This document shows, piece after piece, positions 13,901 through 26,784 of a DNA stretch of 64,000 nt (the stretch's first letter is position 1; every line of letters starts with the position of its first letter). The notes below the pieces were generated by a model, which did not search any database, was not told the origin of the DNA, and saw only the letters and a list, made by a program, of their open reading frames with translations. The stretch is from Lingula anatina. Taxonomy: Eukaryota > Animalia > Brachiopoda. Both the position numbers and the translations under genes were made by a program. The stretch spans positions 17,608,001-17,672,000 of the forward strand of contig CM120645.1 of NCBI GenBank assembly GCA_051362555.1, given 5' to 3'.

Positions 13901-16685
13901 AAAAAAGCCATCACGCTGTACGGAAAAGGTCACCTGGAAAAAGAACAATATGTTTGATAAAAGTGAAAATTAAATTCTAAAAATTGACAAATTTCCCACA
14001 CTAAAATAGTTGAACAATAATTTTGATAAACTTAACCTAAACAGTTGACTATGTCTAATAAAAAGGATATTTTCAGAGCATATAAATGTGAAAAAACTGA
14101 AAATGACATTGAAAAGACTGCCAAATGCGGTGCCTTAAAATAGTTAAATGTTAAAAATTTTTACAAATCTTTTCTAATATTTGTGAAATTTGGAGAGATG
14201 ATGCATAACAACAATAAAAATCTGTGATAAGCTCATCAGTTGACTGTGTCTCATTTAAAAGATTTTTTTGGACAATAAATTTGAGAAAATTGAAAATGAC
14301 ACTGAGAAGACTGCAAAATGCGGTGCCTTAAAATAGTTAAACGTTAATAATTTTCACAAAACTTTTTCAATATTTGTGAAAGTTGGAGAGATGATGCTTA
14401 ACAATAACAAAAATCTGTGATAAGCTTAACAGTTGACAGTGTGTGATAGAATTGTAGTTGATTGACATTTTGTATGCGAAGAGTGAGAATTATCTACAAT
14501 ATTTTTTTTTCAATTTCACAACATCTAATTAGACTCACATTAAACATCAAATATTATGATTTGAGTTTGTTTGTGTAAGAGGTGACAAATTACCCATAAT
14601 TGTCCTCTGGAAAAGAACATATACCCATTAAAGACATCTCCTTTCTACCAATACCAGATAAAGATTCCTCCTTACAATCGGTTTCTGGAATAGGGTTTAG
14701 CACACCATTTTACAATGTCCTAAAGCTTGCCATATACCATCTATTGTACACATGGATGAGACATAGCATTGCTCTTGCTGTTGTCTTTTGCTGTTTTTTC
14801 TATAGGAATTAGCCCTGACCAGACAGGAAGAATCAGTTCACCAAAAAAGCCATCACGCTGTATGGAAAAGTTCACCTGGAAAAAGAACAATATGTTTGAT
14901 AAAAGTGAAAATTAAATTCTAAAAATTGACAAATGTCCCACACTAAAATAGTTGAACAATAATTTTGATAAACTTAACTTAAACAATTGACTATGTATAA
15001 TAAAAAGGATATTTTCAGAACATATAAATTTGAGAAATACTGAAAATGACATTGAAAAGACTGCCAAATGCGGTGCTTTAAAATAGTTAAACGTTAATAT
15101 TTTTCACAAATCTTGTCCAATATTTGTGAAATTTGGAAAGATGATGCATAACAATAATAAAAATCTGTGATAAGCTCATCAGTTGACTGTGTCCCATGAA
15201 AAACATTTTTCAGAGCATATAAATGTGAGAAAACTGAAAATGACATTGAAAAGACTGCCAAATTCCATAGCTTAAAATAGTTAAACGTTAATAATTTTCA
15301 CACATTTTGTCTAATATTTGTGAAATTTGGAGAGATGATGCATAACAACAATAAAAATCTGTGATAAGCTCATCAGTTGACTGTGTCTCATGAAAAACAT
15401 TTTTCAGAGCAAATAAATGTGAGAAAACTGAAAATGACATGGAAAAGACTGCCAAATCTCATGGCTTAAAATAGTTAAACGTTAATAATTTTCACAAATC
15501 TTGTCTAATATTTGTGAAATTTGGATAGATGATGCATAACAACAATAAAAATCTGAGATAAGCTCATCAGTTGACTGTGTCTCATGAAAAAGATTTTTTT
15601 TTGGACAATAAATTTGAGAAAACTGAAAATAACACTGAAACGACTGCCAAATTCCATGGCTTAAAATAGTTAACCGTTAATTATTTTCACAAATCTTGTT
15701 CAATATTTGTGAAATTTGGACAGATGATGCATAACAACAATAAAAATCTGTGATAAGCTCAACACTTGACTGTGTCTCATAAAAAAGATTTTTTTGGACA
15801 ATAAAATTGAGAAAACTGAAAAAGACATTGAAAAGACTGCAAGTTGCGGTGCCTTAAAATAGTTAAACGTTAATAATTTTCACAAATCTTGTCTAATATT
15901 TGTGAAATTTGGACAGATGATGCTTAACAATAACAAAAATCTGTGATAAGCTCAACAGTTGACAGTGTGTGATAGAATTGTAGTTGTTTGACATTTTGTA
16001 TGCGAAGAGTGAGAATTATCTACAATATTTTTTTTTCAATTTCACAACATCTAATTAGACTCACATTAAACATCAAATATTATGATTTGAGTTTGTTTGT
16101 GTAAGAGGTGACAAATTACCCATAATTGTCCTCTGGAAAAGAACATATACCCATTAAAGACATCTCCTTTCTACCAATACCAGATAAAGATTCCTCCTTA
16201 CAATCGGTTTCTGGAATAGGGTTTAGCACACCATTTTACAATGTCCTAAAGCTTGCCATATACCATCTATTGTACACATGGATGAGACATAGCATTGCTC
16301 TTGCTGTTGTCTTTTGCTGTTTTTCTATAGGAATTAGCCCTGACCAGACAGGAAGAATCAGTTCACCAAAAAAGCCATCACGCTGTATGGAAAAGTTCAC
16401 CTGGAAAAAGAACAATATGTTTGATACAAGTGAAAATTAAATTCTAAAAATTGACAAATGTCCCACACTAAAATAGTTGAACAATAATTTTGATAAACTT
16501 AACTTAAACAATTGACTATGTATAATAAAAAGGATATTTTCAGAACATATAAATTTGAGAAATACTGAAAATGACATTGAAAAGACTGCCAAATGCGGTG
16601 CTTTAAAATAGTTAAACGTTAATATTTTTCACAAATCTTGTCCAATATTTGTGAAATTTGGAAAGATGATGCATAACAATAATAA

Positions 16686-18125
16686 CAAGGCAGCAAAGCT
16701 GTCAAATGTACAGACAAAAAACAGGAAATAACTATGATCAAAATAGGCTACTGTCAATTCTGATGCAAAAATACATTATGTTAAACTGCAAATTCAACAT
16801 CAAATTTTAATTATCCTCAACAGGTAATACCAATGTAATTAAAATATGTGACAAGTTTACACTTTGAAAATGTATAACTTCCAGAAAAAGAAGTCACTTA
16901 GTCTGCTTTTCCAACTCAGACTGCATTTTAGTCCTGTATTTCTTTTTTGAAAGTTTGGCAATCATAAGTAACATGGTTTTCCCATAATGGTCATCATGGC
17001 GGCAGCACCCAAAATTGTGTTTTCTTCTATTCTGATGCAATATTACATAATGGTTAACAGCATAATGACCGTCAATTTTTAATAATAAAATATACGTATC
17101 ATGGATTTTCAGAAAATGTGACTAGCATGGGTCTTCAGGCCCATGGAACTTCAAAGTCACAACTTGAAAATGCCAAAATGTAAACGAGACAGCACTGTTC
17201 TGAAATGTTCTTTTTCATTTTTAACAATTTTTAACATAAAACAAAATTAACAGTTTTCTGCCGTTTTTATATGATCAACTAAGAAAATTGATGAGATGGG
17301 AAAAATATCAACAGAGCAGTGTTAAATGTCCAATCTCTTCCATTCTGAGATTCTGAACATAGTGAATGATTGAATCTGACAAACTGCAATGATATGAGTT
17401 TATTTCCATTTTTGAAACTTTATTACACAATACACGATAACAAGTTTACCATCATTTTCACATAATCAACTAATAATGTTGTAAAATTGCAGGAAATGCC
17501 AAACAAACACTTTTACGTATCTTATTAGTTCAATAATGAAACTGTTTACATGCCTAAGAATTAAATCTGAGGAAATGTGAAAAAACTGCATTTCTTTAAA
17601 ATAATGGCCCGATTATGCTGATTTTTTAACTCAACCTGCGTTTTAGCAGGAATGACCACTCCTGTGAGTTTAATGACAATTGGCCTATCTGTTTTTCTTA
17701 TATTGTGTTTACAGTGTTGCATATATGCTGAACAATGAAAAAACCGCATAACTACTAAAATAGTGGCCCGATCATGCTGATTTTCGAACTTGACCTGCGT
17801 TTTAGTAAGATTGATTACTCCTGTGAGTTTCATGACAACAGGCCTACTGGTTTTCCTTAAAATGTGTTTACAAGGTTGCATATATGCTGAAAAGTGAAAA
17901 AACAGCATATCTTCTACAATAATGGCCCGATCATGCTGATTTTCGAACTTGACCTGCGTTTTATGAATATTCATCAGCTCTGTAAATATAAAGCCAAAAA
18001 GTAAAACTGCCTTCCACTTATCGTGTTTACAAGGAAAGTGCACGGCGACGGCATCGGCATCGCCATCGGCGACGACAGACGCAGGTGATGGCAATATGTA
18101 CAGACACATCTGTGTCTGTACATAA
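16686..18125 (-). mobile_element. Non-autonomous Helentron/HINE family B, apparently complete
   Basis: 5' hairpin tatgtacagacac-atct-gtgtctgtacata at ~18095-18124, a degenerate (GGC/GAC) microsatellite, ~2.7 copies of a 159-bp core (17601/17760/17919), subterminal repeat atgtacagaca at ~16706 and terminal stem-loop ggcagc-aaa-gctgtc. Inserted in an A/T run of the 194-bp monomer; removal restores gcataacaataataaaaatctgtg with no TSD. Confidence 0.85.
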
Positions 18126-21100
18126 AAATCTGTGATAAGCTCATCAGTTGACTGTGTCCCATGAAAAACATTTTTCAGAGCATATAAATGTGAGAAAACT
18201 GAAAATGACATTGAAAAGACTACCAAATTCCATAGCTTAAAATAGTTAAACGTTAATAATTTTCACACATTTTGTCTAATATTTGTGAAATTTGGAGAGA
18301 TGATGCATAACAACAATAAAAATCTGTGATAAGCTCATCAGTTGACTGTGTCTCATGAAAAACATTTTTCAGAGCAAATAAATGTGAGAAAACTGAAAAT
18401 GACATGGAAAAGACTGCCAAATCTCATGGCTTAAAATAGTTAAACGTTAATAATTTTCACAAATCTTGTCTAATATTTGTCAAATTTGGATAGATGATGC
18501 ATAACAACAATAAAAATCTGAGATAAGCTCATCAGTTGACTGTGTCTCATGAAAAAGATTTTTTTTTGGACAATAAATTTGAGAAAACTGAAAATAACAC
18601 TGAAACGACTGCCAAATTCCATGGCTTAAAATAGTTAACCGTTAATTATTTTCACAAATCTTGTTCAATATTTGTGAAATTTGGACAGATGATGCATAAC
18701 AACAATAAAAATCTGTGATAAGCTCAACACTTGACTGTGTCTCATAAAAAAGATTTTTTTGGACAATAACATTGAGAAAACTGAAAAAGACATTGAAAAG
18801 ACTGCAAGTTGCGGTGCCTTAAAATAGTTAAACGTTAATAATTTTCACAAATCTTGTCTAATATTTGTGAAATTTGGACAGATGATGCTTAACAATAACA
18901 AAAATCTGTGATAAGCTTAACAGTTGACAGTGTGTGATAGAATTGTAGTTGTTTGACATTTTGTATGCGAAGAGTGAGAATTATCTACAATATTTTTTTT
19001 TCAATTTCACAACATCTAATTAGACTCACATTAAACATCAAATATTATGTTTTGAGTTTGTTTGTGTAAGAGGTGACAAATTACCCATAATTTTCCTCTG
19101 GAAAAGAATATATACCCATTTAAGACATCTCCTTACTACCAATACCAGATGCAGATTCCTCCTTACAATCGGTTTCTGGAATAGGGTTTAGCACACCATT
19201 TGACAATGTCCTAAAGCTTGCCATATACCATCTATTGTACACATGGATGAGACATAGCATTGCTCTTGCTGTTGTCTTTTGCTGTCTGGTTTTTTCTATA
19301 GGAATTAGCCCTGACCAGAGAGGAAGAATCAGTTCACCAAAAAAGCCATCACGCTGTATGGAAAAGGTCACCTGGAAAAAGAACAAGATGTTTGATAAAA
19401 GTGAAAATTAAATTCTAAAAATGGACAAATTTCCAACACTAAAACAGTTGAACAATAATTTTGATAAACTTAACCTAAACAGTTGACTATGTCTAATAAA
19501 AATGATATTTTCAGAACATATAAATTTGAGAAATACTGAAAATGACATTGAAAAGACTGCCAAATTCCATGGCTTAAATTATTTAAACGTTAATATTTTT
19601 CACAAATGTTGTCCAATATTTGTGAAATTTGGACAGATGATGCTTAACAATAATAAAAATCTGTGATAAGCTCATCAGTTTACTGTGTCCCATGAAAAAC
19701 ATTTTTGAGAGCATATAAATGTGAGAAAACTGAAAATGACATTGAAAAGACTGCCAAATTCCATGGCTTAAAATAGTTAAACGTTAATAATTTTCACAAA
19801 TCTTGTCTAATATTTGTGAAATTTGGACAGATGATGCATAACAACAATTAAAATCTGTGATAAGCTCATCAGTTGACTGTGTCTCATGAAAAAGATTTTT
19901 TTTGGACAATACATTTGAGAAAACTGAAAATAACACTGAAACGACTGCAAAATTCCATGGCTTAAAATAGTTAAACGTTAATAACTTTCACAAATCTTGT
20001 CTAATACTTGTGAAATTTGGATAGATGATGCATAACAACAATAAAAATCTGTGATAAGCTCATCAGTTAACTGTGTCTCATGAAAAAGATTTTTCAGAGC
20101 AAATAAATGTGAGAAAACTGAAAATGACATTGAAAAGACTGCCAAATTCCATGGCTAAAAATAGTTAAACGTTAATAATTTTCACAAATCTTGTCTAATA
20201 ATTGTGAAATCTGGAAAGATGATGCATAACAATAACAAAAATCTGTGATAAGCTCATCAGTTGACTGTGTCTCAAAAAAAAAGATTTTTTTGGACAATAA
20301 AATTGAGAAAACTGAAAATGACAATGAAAAGACTGCAAAATGCAATGCCTTAAAATAGTTAAACGTTAATAATTTTCACAAATCATGTCCAATATTTGTG
20401 AAATTGGGACAGATAATGCATAACAGCAATAAAAATCTGTGATAAGCTTATCAGCTGACTGTGTCTCATGGAAAAGATTTTTTCAGAGTATATAATTTGG
20501 AGAAAACTGAAAATTACATTGAAAAGACCTGCAAATTCCATGGCATAAAATAGTTAAATATTAATGATTTTGACAAACCCAGTCCAATACTTGTGAAATT
20601 TGTACAAATGATGCTTAAAATCAATAAAAATCTGTTCTAAGCTTATCAGCTGACTGTGTGTAATAGAAGTGTAGCTCATTAACAATTTGTATGAGAAGAG
20701 TGAGAATTATCAAAAACATTTTTTTTTTCAATTTCACAACATCTAATTAGCCTCTTATTTAACATCAAATGTTATGATTTGAGTTTGTTTGTGTAAGAGA
20801 CGACAAATTACCCATAATTGTCCTCTGGAAAACAATATATACCCATTCAAGACTTCTCCTTACAACCAATACCAGATGCGGATTCCTCCTTACAATCAGT
20901 TGCTGGAATCGGAGTTTAGCACACCATTTGACAATGTCCTAAAGCTTCCCACATACCATCATGAGACATAGCATTGCTCTTGCTGTTGTCTTTTGCTGCC
21001 TGTTTTTTCTATAGGAATTAGCCATGACTAGACAGGAAGAATCAGTTCACCAAAAAAGGTCACCTGGAAAAAAAACAATATATTTGAAAAAAGTGAAAAT

Positions 21101-22784
21101 TTTAAAAATTGACAAATTTCACAGACTGAAATAGTTAAACATTAAGAATTTTTATAAAGTTAACCTTAACAGTTGACTGTCTAATAAAAGGATATTTTCG
21201 GTACATATAAATTTGAGAGAACTGAAAATTACATTAATAAGACTTCCATATTCCATGGCTTAAAATAGTTAAACGTTAATAATTTTAACAAACCTCGTCC
21301 AATGTTTGTGAAATTTGTACAAGTCATGCATAACAGCAATAAAAATCTGTGATAAGCTCATCAGTTGACTGTGTCTCATGAAAAAGATTTTTCAGAGCAT
21401 ATGAATTGGAGAAAACTGAAAATTACATTGAAAAGACTGCCAAATTCCATGGCTTAAAATAGTTAAACGTTAATAATTTTCACAAACCTAGTCCAATATT
21501 TGTGAAATTTGGACAGATGATGCATTGCAGCAATAAAAATCTGTGATAAGCTCATCAGTTGACTGTGTCTCATGGAAAAGATTTTTTCAGAGCATATAAT
21601 TTGGAGAAAACTAAAATTTACATTAAAAAGACCGGCAAATTCCATGGCATAAAATAGTTAAATATTAACAATTTTGACAAATCTTGTCCAATATTTGTGT
21701 AATTTGTATATATCATGCTTAACATCAATAAAAATCTGTAAAAAGCACAACAGTTGACAATGTCCAATGAAAAAGATTTTTTCAGAGCATATAAATGTGA
21801 GAAAACTGAAAATGACATTGAAAAGACTGCCAAATTCCATGGATTAAAATAGTTAAACGTTAATATTTTCACAAATCTAGTCCAATATTTGTGAAATTTG
21901 TACAAATAATTCCTTAGATCAATAAAAATCTGTGATAAGCTCATCAGTTGACTGGGTTCAATGAAAAAGATTTTTTTTTTTGGACAATATATTTGAGAAA
22001 ACTGAAAATATCACTGAAAAGACTGCTAAATTCCAAGGTACAAAATAGTTAAACGTTAATAATTTTGACAAATCTTGTCCATTATTTGTGGAATTTGGAG
22101 AAATGATAATTTACAATGATAAAAATCTGTGATAAGCTTATCAGCTGACTGTGTGTAATAGAAGTGTAGCTTATTGACAATTTGTATGAGAAGACTGAGA
22201 ATTATCGAAAACATTTTTTTTTTCAATTTCACAACATCTAATTAGCTTCATATTAAACATCAAATGTTATGATTTGAGTTTGTTTGTGTAAGAGGTGACA
22301 AATTACCCATAATTGTCCTCTGGAAAACAATATATACCCATTCAAGACTTCTCCTTACTACCAATACCAGATGCAGATTCCTCCTTACAATTTGTTTTTG
22401 GAATTGGGGTTTAGCACACCATTTGACAATGTGCCAAAGCTTGCCATATACCATCTATTGTAAACATGGATGACACAATCCATTGCTCTTGCTATTGTCT
22501 TTTGCTGCCTGTTTTTTCTATAGGAATTGGCCATGACCAGACAGGAAGTATCAGTTCACCAAAAAAGCCCCCACGCTGTATGGAAAAGGTCACCTGGAAG
22601 AGAAATGTACAATGTATTTAAAAAAAAATAAAATGGAAATTAAATTTTAAAAAGTGATAAATTTATCAGACTAAAATAGCTAAACATTATTTATTTTGAT
22701 AAAGTTGGATTTAAAAGTTGATTGTGTCTAATGGAAAGGCTCATCTGGAAAAAGAACAGTAAGTTTGAAAAAAAGTGAAAATAT

Positions 22785-24630
22785 CGCCAGTTTTCAAGAT
22801 ATAAGGGATAGAAAATTTGCAAAGCTTAGTTCATGGTGAAAATTAGGTCAAAGGTCAATTTCAGGATCACAGTTAGATTGGCAGTATATGACATCCTATT
22901 CAAGTTCAATGAGGGTAAGAAATACTCCCCCTTAATCACCAATCATGAAGAATTAAAACAGGTCAATCACCAATCACGAAGATATATTCAGGTCAATCAC
23001 CAATCACGAGGAATTAAAAGCTATCGCCATTCATCAAGATAGAAAATTGCTATACTTGCAGGAATGCAAAGAATTCATAACATTCCCAGAATAATTTATT
23101 TTGTGTGTTGAATGACAGGAATCGTCTGCTTAGATCTCGAGTTATTCAGCCATTCTCATTGGTCAGGATTCCCGTGACAGAGACTAAGGTGATACAAATA
23201 GAACCAGAACCTAGCGAACTACTCTCATTGCCACTTTTCTAACTGCCTTGTTTGAAGAGTTTGTTGAATTTATCTCTGTGAATGATCGCCCTACAATCAT
23301 GATACAAAGTTTGGGACTTTCTAGAACAAATTCCTGTAATGCTAAACGTTTTCACAAATCATGTAGATTTGGAAGGGTAAATCATGAATCATGTTGATGA
23401 ATTTATACCAAAAACGTGGAACAAAGAAGTTCCTGAATCACATTTCACGCAGAATATTGGGCTCAAATAATGCAACACACTTGAAAAATAAGGCCAATTG
23501 CGCATAATGCAAAAGGTATTAATTATGGGTGTATCTTTGCCAGTTTTGAAGATATGAAGATCGGAAAACTTGCAAAGTGCAGTTCATAATGAAAAGTAGG
23601 TCAAAGGTAAATTTTAAGGTCACAGTTAGATTACCAGTATATGACTTCCTATTCAAGTTCAATAGTAACTATGGGCGTATCTCTGCTAATTTTGGAGTAA
23701 TTCACATTTTATTTTTACCACTGAATATTGCAACATTATATTTTTTCATATAGCGCAATGAAAAAAACACGTCAAAAACAAAAAAAAAAAAAAAGGACAC
23801 CACCTCCAGTATTGCACTTGACATGTTCCACCAAATGCAAAAACAAAAGGTCTCTAGCATTTACGGTTCCAGAATTAGAGTTTTCAGTTTCTGTATCTAA
23901 TGGCCGCTTCTCCCATGAAGATGTACTGATTGACCCCAAACTCCCAAAGATGAAAGGATTGTAACCAGTCCCTGATTGTAACCCCTCACCATAATATGAG
24001 AGATTAGGTCTGTGTAGTTTCTGAAAATTGGTACAAACAATTTTTTTTTTCAGAAAATCCCCATCGTTAGAAAATTTTGGCCTGTTTGACCTTGAAATGA
24101 AGGTCGAAAGACAAATCCAGGGGCAAATATGGAATTTCCACAAATAACTTTTGGTCAGACTTCTGTAGTAATTTTTCCAAATATTCCTTCGGTTTGGGAG
24201 ATATTTAGCATTGAATTTTCAAAAAATTTGACAAGGGTGCATTTCAACGAGCACCACGCCCAGGCCAATGCACCGACTGAGACAAAAAATACCAGGGGGT
24301 TCAAGTTGAGATTATATGTGATCTAAATCCAAGAGATGTGGACACATGCAGCTCCTTGCAGTATAGGAGGAGAAGCGGTAGTGGCGACTTGTATCCCAAG
24401 ACACCCTGCGGAGCCAACAGAGCCGTACAAGATGGGTCAGGACTAACACCATGAGTAACGCCAGCATATACGCTGGTGGCACTAATTAAGACAAAGGTCA
24501 AATCCAATGGCATATTTTGAAATCTCCACTTATGACGTGGTAGCAGACCTGGTGGACGGGCAGATCTGACGGACGGATTGGGTCGTAACTAAAACCATTT
24601 GTACCAACAGCACCATGTTGGTAGTATAAT
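22785..24630 (-). mobile_element. Degenerate older HINE-A-related copy at the array boundary
   Basis: Diverged 146-bp core units (22790-22910, 23530-23700), homology to 7310-7950 over 23750-24450, and decayed terminal hairpins at ~24455-24482 and ~24600-24628. Confidence 0.7.
22911..23519. mobile_element. MITE-like insertion interrupting a HINE-A core unit
   Basis: The core unit breaks at ttcaat| and resumes at |taattatgg. The insert has reiterated aatcaccaatcacg/aatcatgaatcatg motifs; its right terminus looks truncated. Confidence 0.45.
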
Positions 24631-25318
24631 TATCATAAATATGCACTGATCTGCCTCAGTACAAAACAAAGCCACTTAATAAATTTAAAGTAAAACAAAA
24701 ATATGGCTGTTATAAATGGGGTGAACATCACAAAAAAGGACATAAAATAATAATTCTGCTGATCTTCAAAAGCAAACTGCCTCTTAACCAAACAAAACCA
24801 CTCAGTAAATTTAAAGTAAAACAAAAAAAAATTCAGTTTGGCTATTATGAGGCTAATGTCATCAAAATCGTGAAAAGAACCAGAATAATATTACCATTAA
24901 TGTAAACTGATCTTGCCAATTTTTAAAAGCAATGTGCTTCTTTACCAAACAAAGCCACTCAGTAAATTTAAAGTAAAACAAAAAAATGTTTGCCAGTTAT
25001 GGGATGAACGTCTTGTGTCGGACAGCAACAGCCATGATGACAGCAACTACCTATGCAGACAGATCAATCAGAATATATATGACATACGTAAAAATGAAGC
25101 TTAACAGCTGTAAAAATCAGAAATAAGCTTATCACTTTTCTAATGTCTAGAGTGAGCATTACCAAAAACAGATATCATTTCAATATCGTGATAAATTATT
25201 CAGTCTAAAATAAAATATCAAATGTGATGTGATGTGGTGATGTGTTTTTTTTTTCTGTTCATGTAGGAGATGGCAAATTACCTATAAATGTTATTGTCAT
25301 TTGGAAAATAATATATAC

Positions 25319-25433
25319 CCATTCAAGACTTCTTACTACCAATAAAAGATGCTATCTATTTTTCTATAGGAATTAAACGTGCAGAAAGGTAGAGTCAGTT
25401 CACCAAGCCACCATGCTGTATGGAAAGGGTCAC
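25319..25433 (-). pseudogene. Diverged, internally deleted single-copy homolog of the array exon-like cassette
   Basis: Same acceptor (ccttttccag|GTGACC) and donor (ATGG|gtatat) context. The flank 25095-25318 is homologous to the array spacer. It lacks ~140 nt of the cassette middle. Confidence 0.55.
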
Positions 25434-25791
25434 CTGGAAAAGGAGACAGAAGGACGGATTTGTGAAGGGACATTGTCACATCATTTTATAAAAGACAGAA
25501 GCCTGAAACTCAACCAAATCAAGGTGTAAGGAAAAAAAATATGATGTACTGACAGTTGTCTAACCTAATAAATATAACAGGGATCCATGTTGAGGACTGA
25601 AATGTGACAATTCAGTTAAACGAGACAGCAAAGCTGATAAATATACAGACTTGAAGTAGTAAACAATGGCAGTGAACAAAAAAATACATATAAGGCACTG
25701 CAGTATAATCAGTAATACTTTTTAGTAATGTACTGTATCAAAATATATAGTTATTGAATGAAGAAAAAGGTGATTAGTATTTTGTATTTAC

Positions 25792-26175
25792 CTGCATTAC
25801 GTATGACTAGCAATAACAACATATATTTCTAAACAACAAAGCATTTATTTGCCCGAGTAATAGCATCAAGAGCAGAGAGAGGGATGTCAAATTCTGAGTT
25901 CAAAGAGGTCAGTTCCATGTGTGTCCAACATTAGGGATGTTACCAATCACAGTGATTGACAAGGAGTTTCAGTTCCATAAAACATTCACTAACTGCTTGT
26001 GTCAGTCCAGGAGAAATAGAACAACTGTTACCTCAGGTCACAATGACATGATCATGTCCATGGGCTGTTGGTATACTGCTCTGTGTGAGACCAATGGTGG
26101 ACACACATGGTATACTAATATGTTCAATTTAATGTGGACATTCATAATGTGTCAGTAGCATAGTGCTTCAGGTCC
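25792..26175 (-). pseudogene. Probable decayed exon (384 nt), possibly from an extracellular/Ig-like domain
   Basis: Acceptor ctcccattag|GG and donor GCAG|gtaaat; GC content is higher than the flanks and the length is a multiple of 3, but there are several in-frame stops. A frameshift-corrected YSGK(Y)KCFV resembles an Ig F-strand D-x-G-x-Y-x-C (weak inference). Confidence 0.35.
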
Positions 26176-26289
26176 CTAATGGGAGTTCAAAGTGACAACT
26201 TGATTACATACATAAAATGCAACTACACTTAAAAAAACTTACATGTGCAAAGAGAGATGTTTGTTTTATACACTGAGATAAAACAGACA

Positions 26290-26660
26290 TGTTCTACTAT
26301 ATCAGTGACATCATAAACTGTATATATAGTGATCCAGATATATTTACCTGTGGGTGCTGGTGTCACAGGTATCTGTACATAAACATCTTTTACTATATCA
26401 GTGACATCATACACTGTATATATAGTGGTACTGATATTTACCTGTGGGTGCTGGTGTCACAGGTGTCTGTACATAAATACCTTCTAATATATCAGTGACA
26501 TCATACACTGTATATATAGTGGTACTGATATTTACCTGTGGGTGCTGGTGTCACAGGTGTCTGTACATAAATACCTTCTAATATATCAGTGACATCATAC
26601 ACTGTATATATAGTGGTACTGATATTTACCTGTGGGTGCTGGTGTCACAGGTGTCTGTAC
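26290..26660. repeat. 4 x 94-bp tandem repeat spanning an exon 3' end and splice donor
   Basis: tttacctgtgggtgctggtgtcacagg recurs with cctg at 26347, 26441, 26535 and 26629. Confidence 0.9.
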
Positions 26661-26740
26661 ACTGGGAATAAAAGTAACAGGACCTCCTGGCGGCTGAACC
26701 CCTGGGATGAAAGTGACTGGGGCTTGTGTAGTTGGTGTTC
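26630..26740 (-). CDS. Internal exon encoding a Pro/Thr-rich mucin-like linker (GTPTTQAPVTFIPGVQPPGGPVTFIPSVQTPVTPAPT)
   Basis: T-rich tract then ttgattag|GA acceptor, and CACAG|gtaaat donor. 111 nt, symmetric phase 1-1, stop-free, with an internal PVTFIP peptide repeat encoded by synonymously different codons. Confidence 0.65.
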
Positions 26741-26753
26741 CTAATCAAAAAAA

Positions 26754-26784
<31 letters not shown>

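Larger units (their letters stand above)
1..22770. repeat. Higher-order tandem array: n x ~194-bp monomer plus spacer containing an exon-like cassette (units ~0.95-2.3 kb)
   Basis: Monomer gcataacaataataaaaatctgtgataagctcatcagttgactgtgtctcatg... recurs every ~194 bp (positions 1 and 195). The spacer motif cacctggaaa recurs at ~870, 3168, 8208, 9737, 11264, 12790, 13932, 14874, 16399, 19370, 21061 and 22591. Unit lengths (2298, 1527, 1526, 1142, ~945) differ by multiples of ~193. The array is interrupted by two inserted elements and runs off the left edge. Confidence 0.95.

Noticed and set aside
17561-18226. 221-aa ORF with internal repeats
   Set aside because: It arises from the 159-bp (53-codon) core repeat of HINE-B and reads in from satellite sequence; no recognisable domain.
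1-22770. CRISPR-like repeat-spacer array
   Set aside because: The spacers are near-identical to each other, the units are hundreds of bp long, the context is eukaryotic and there are no cas genes.
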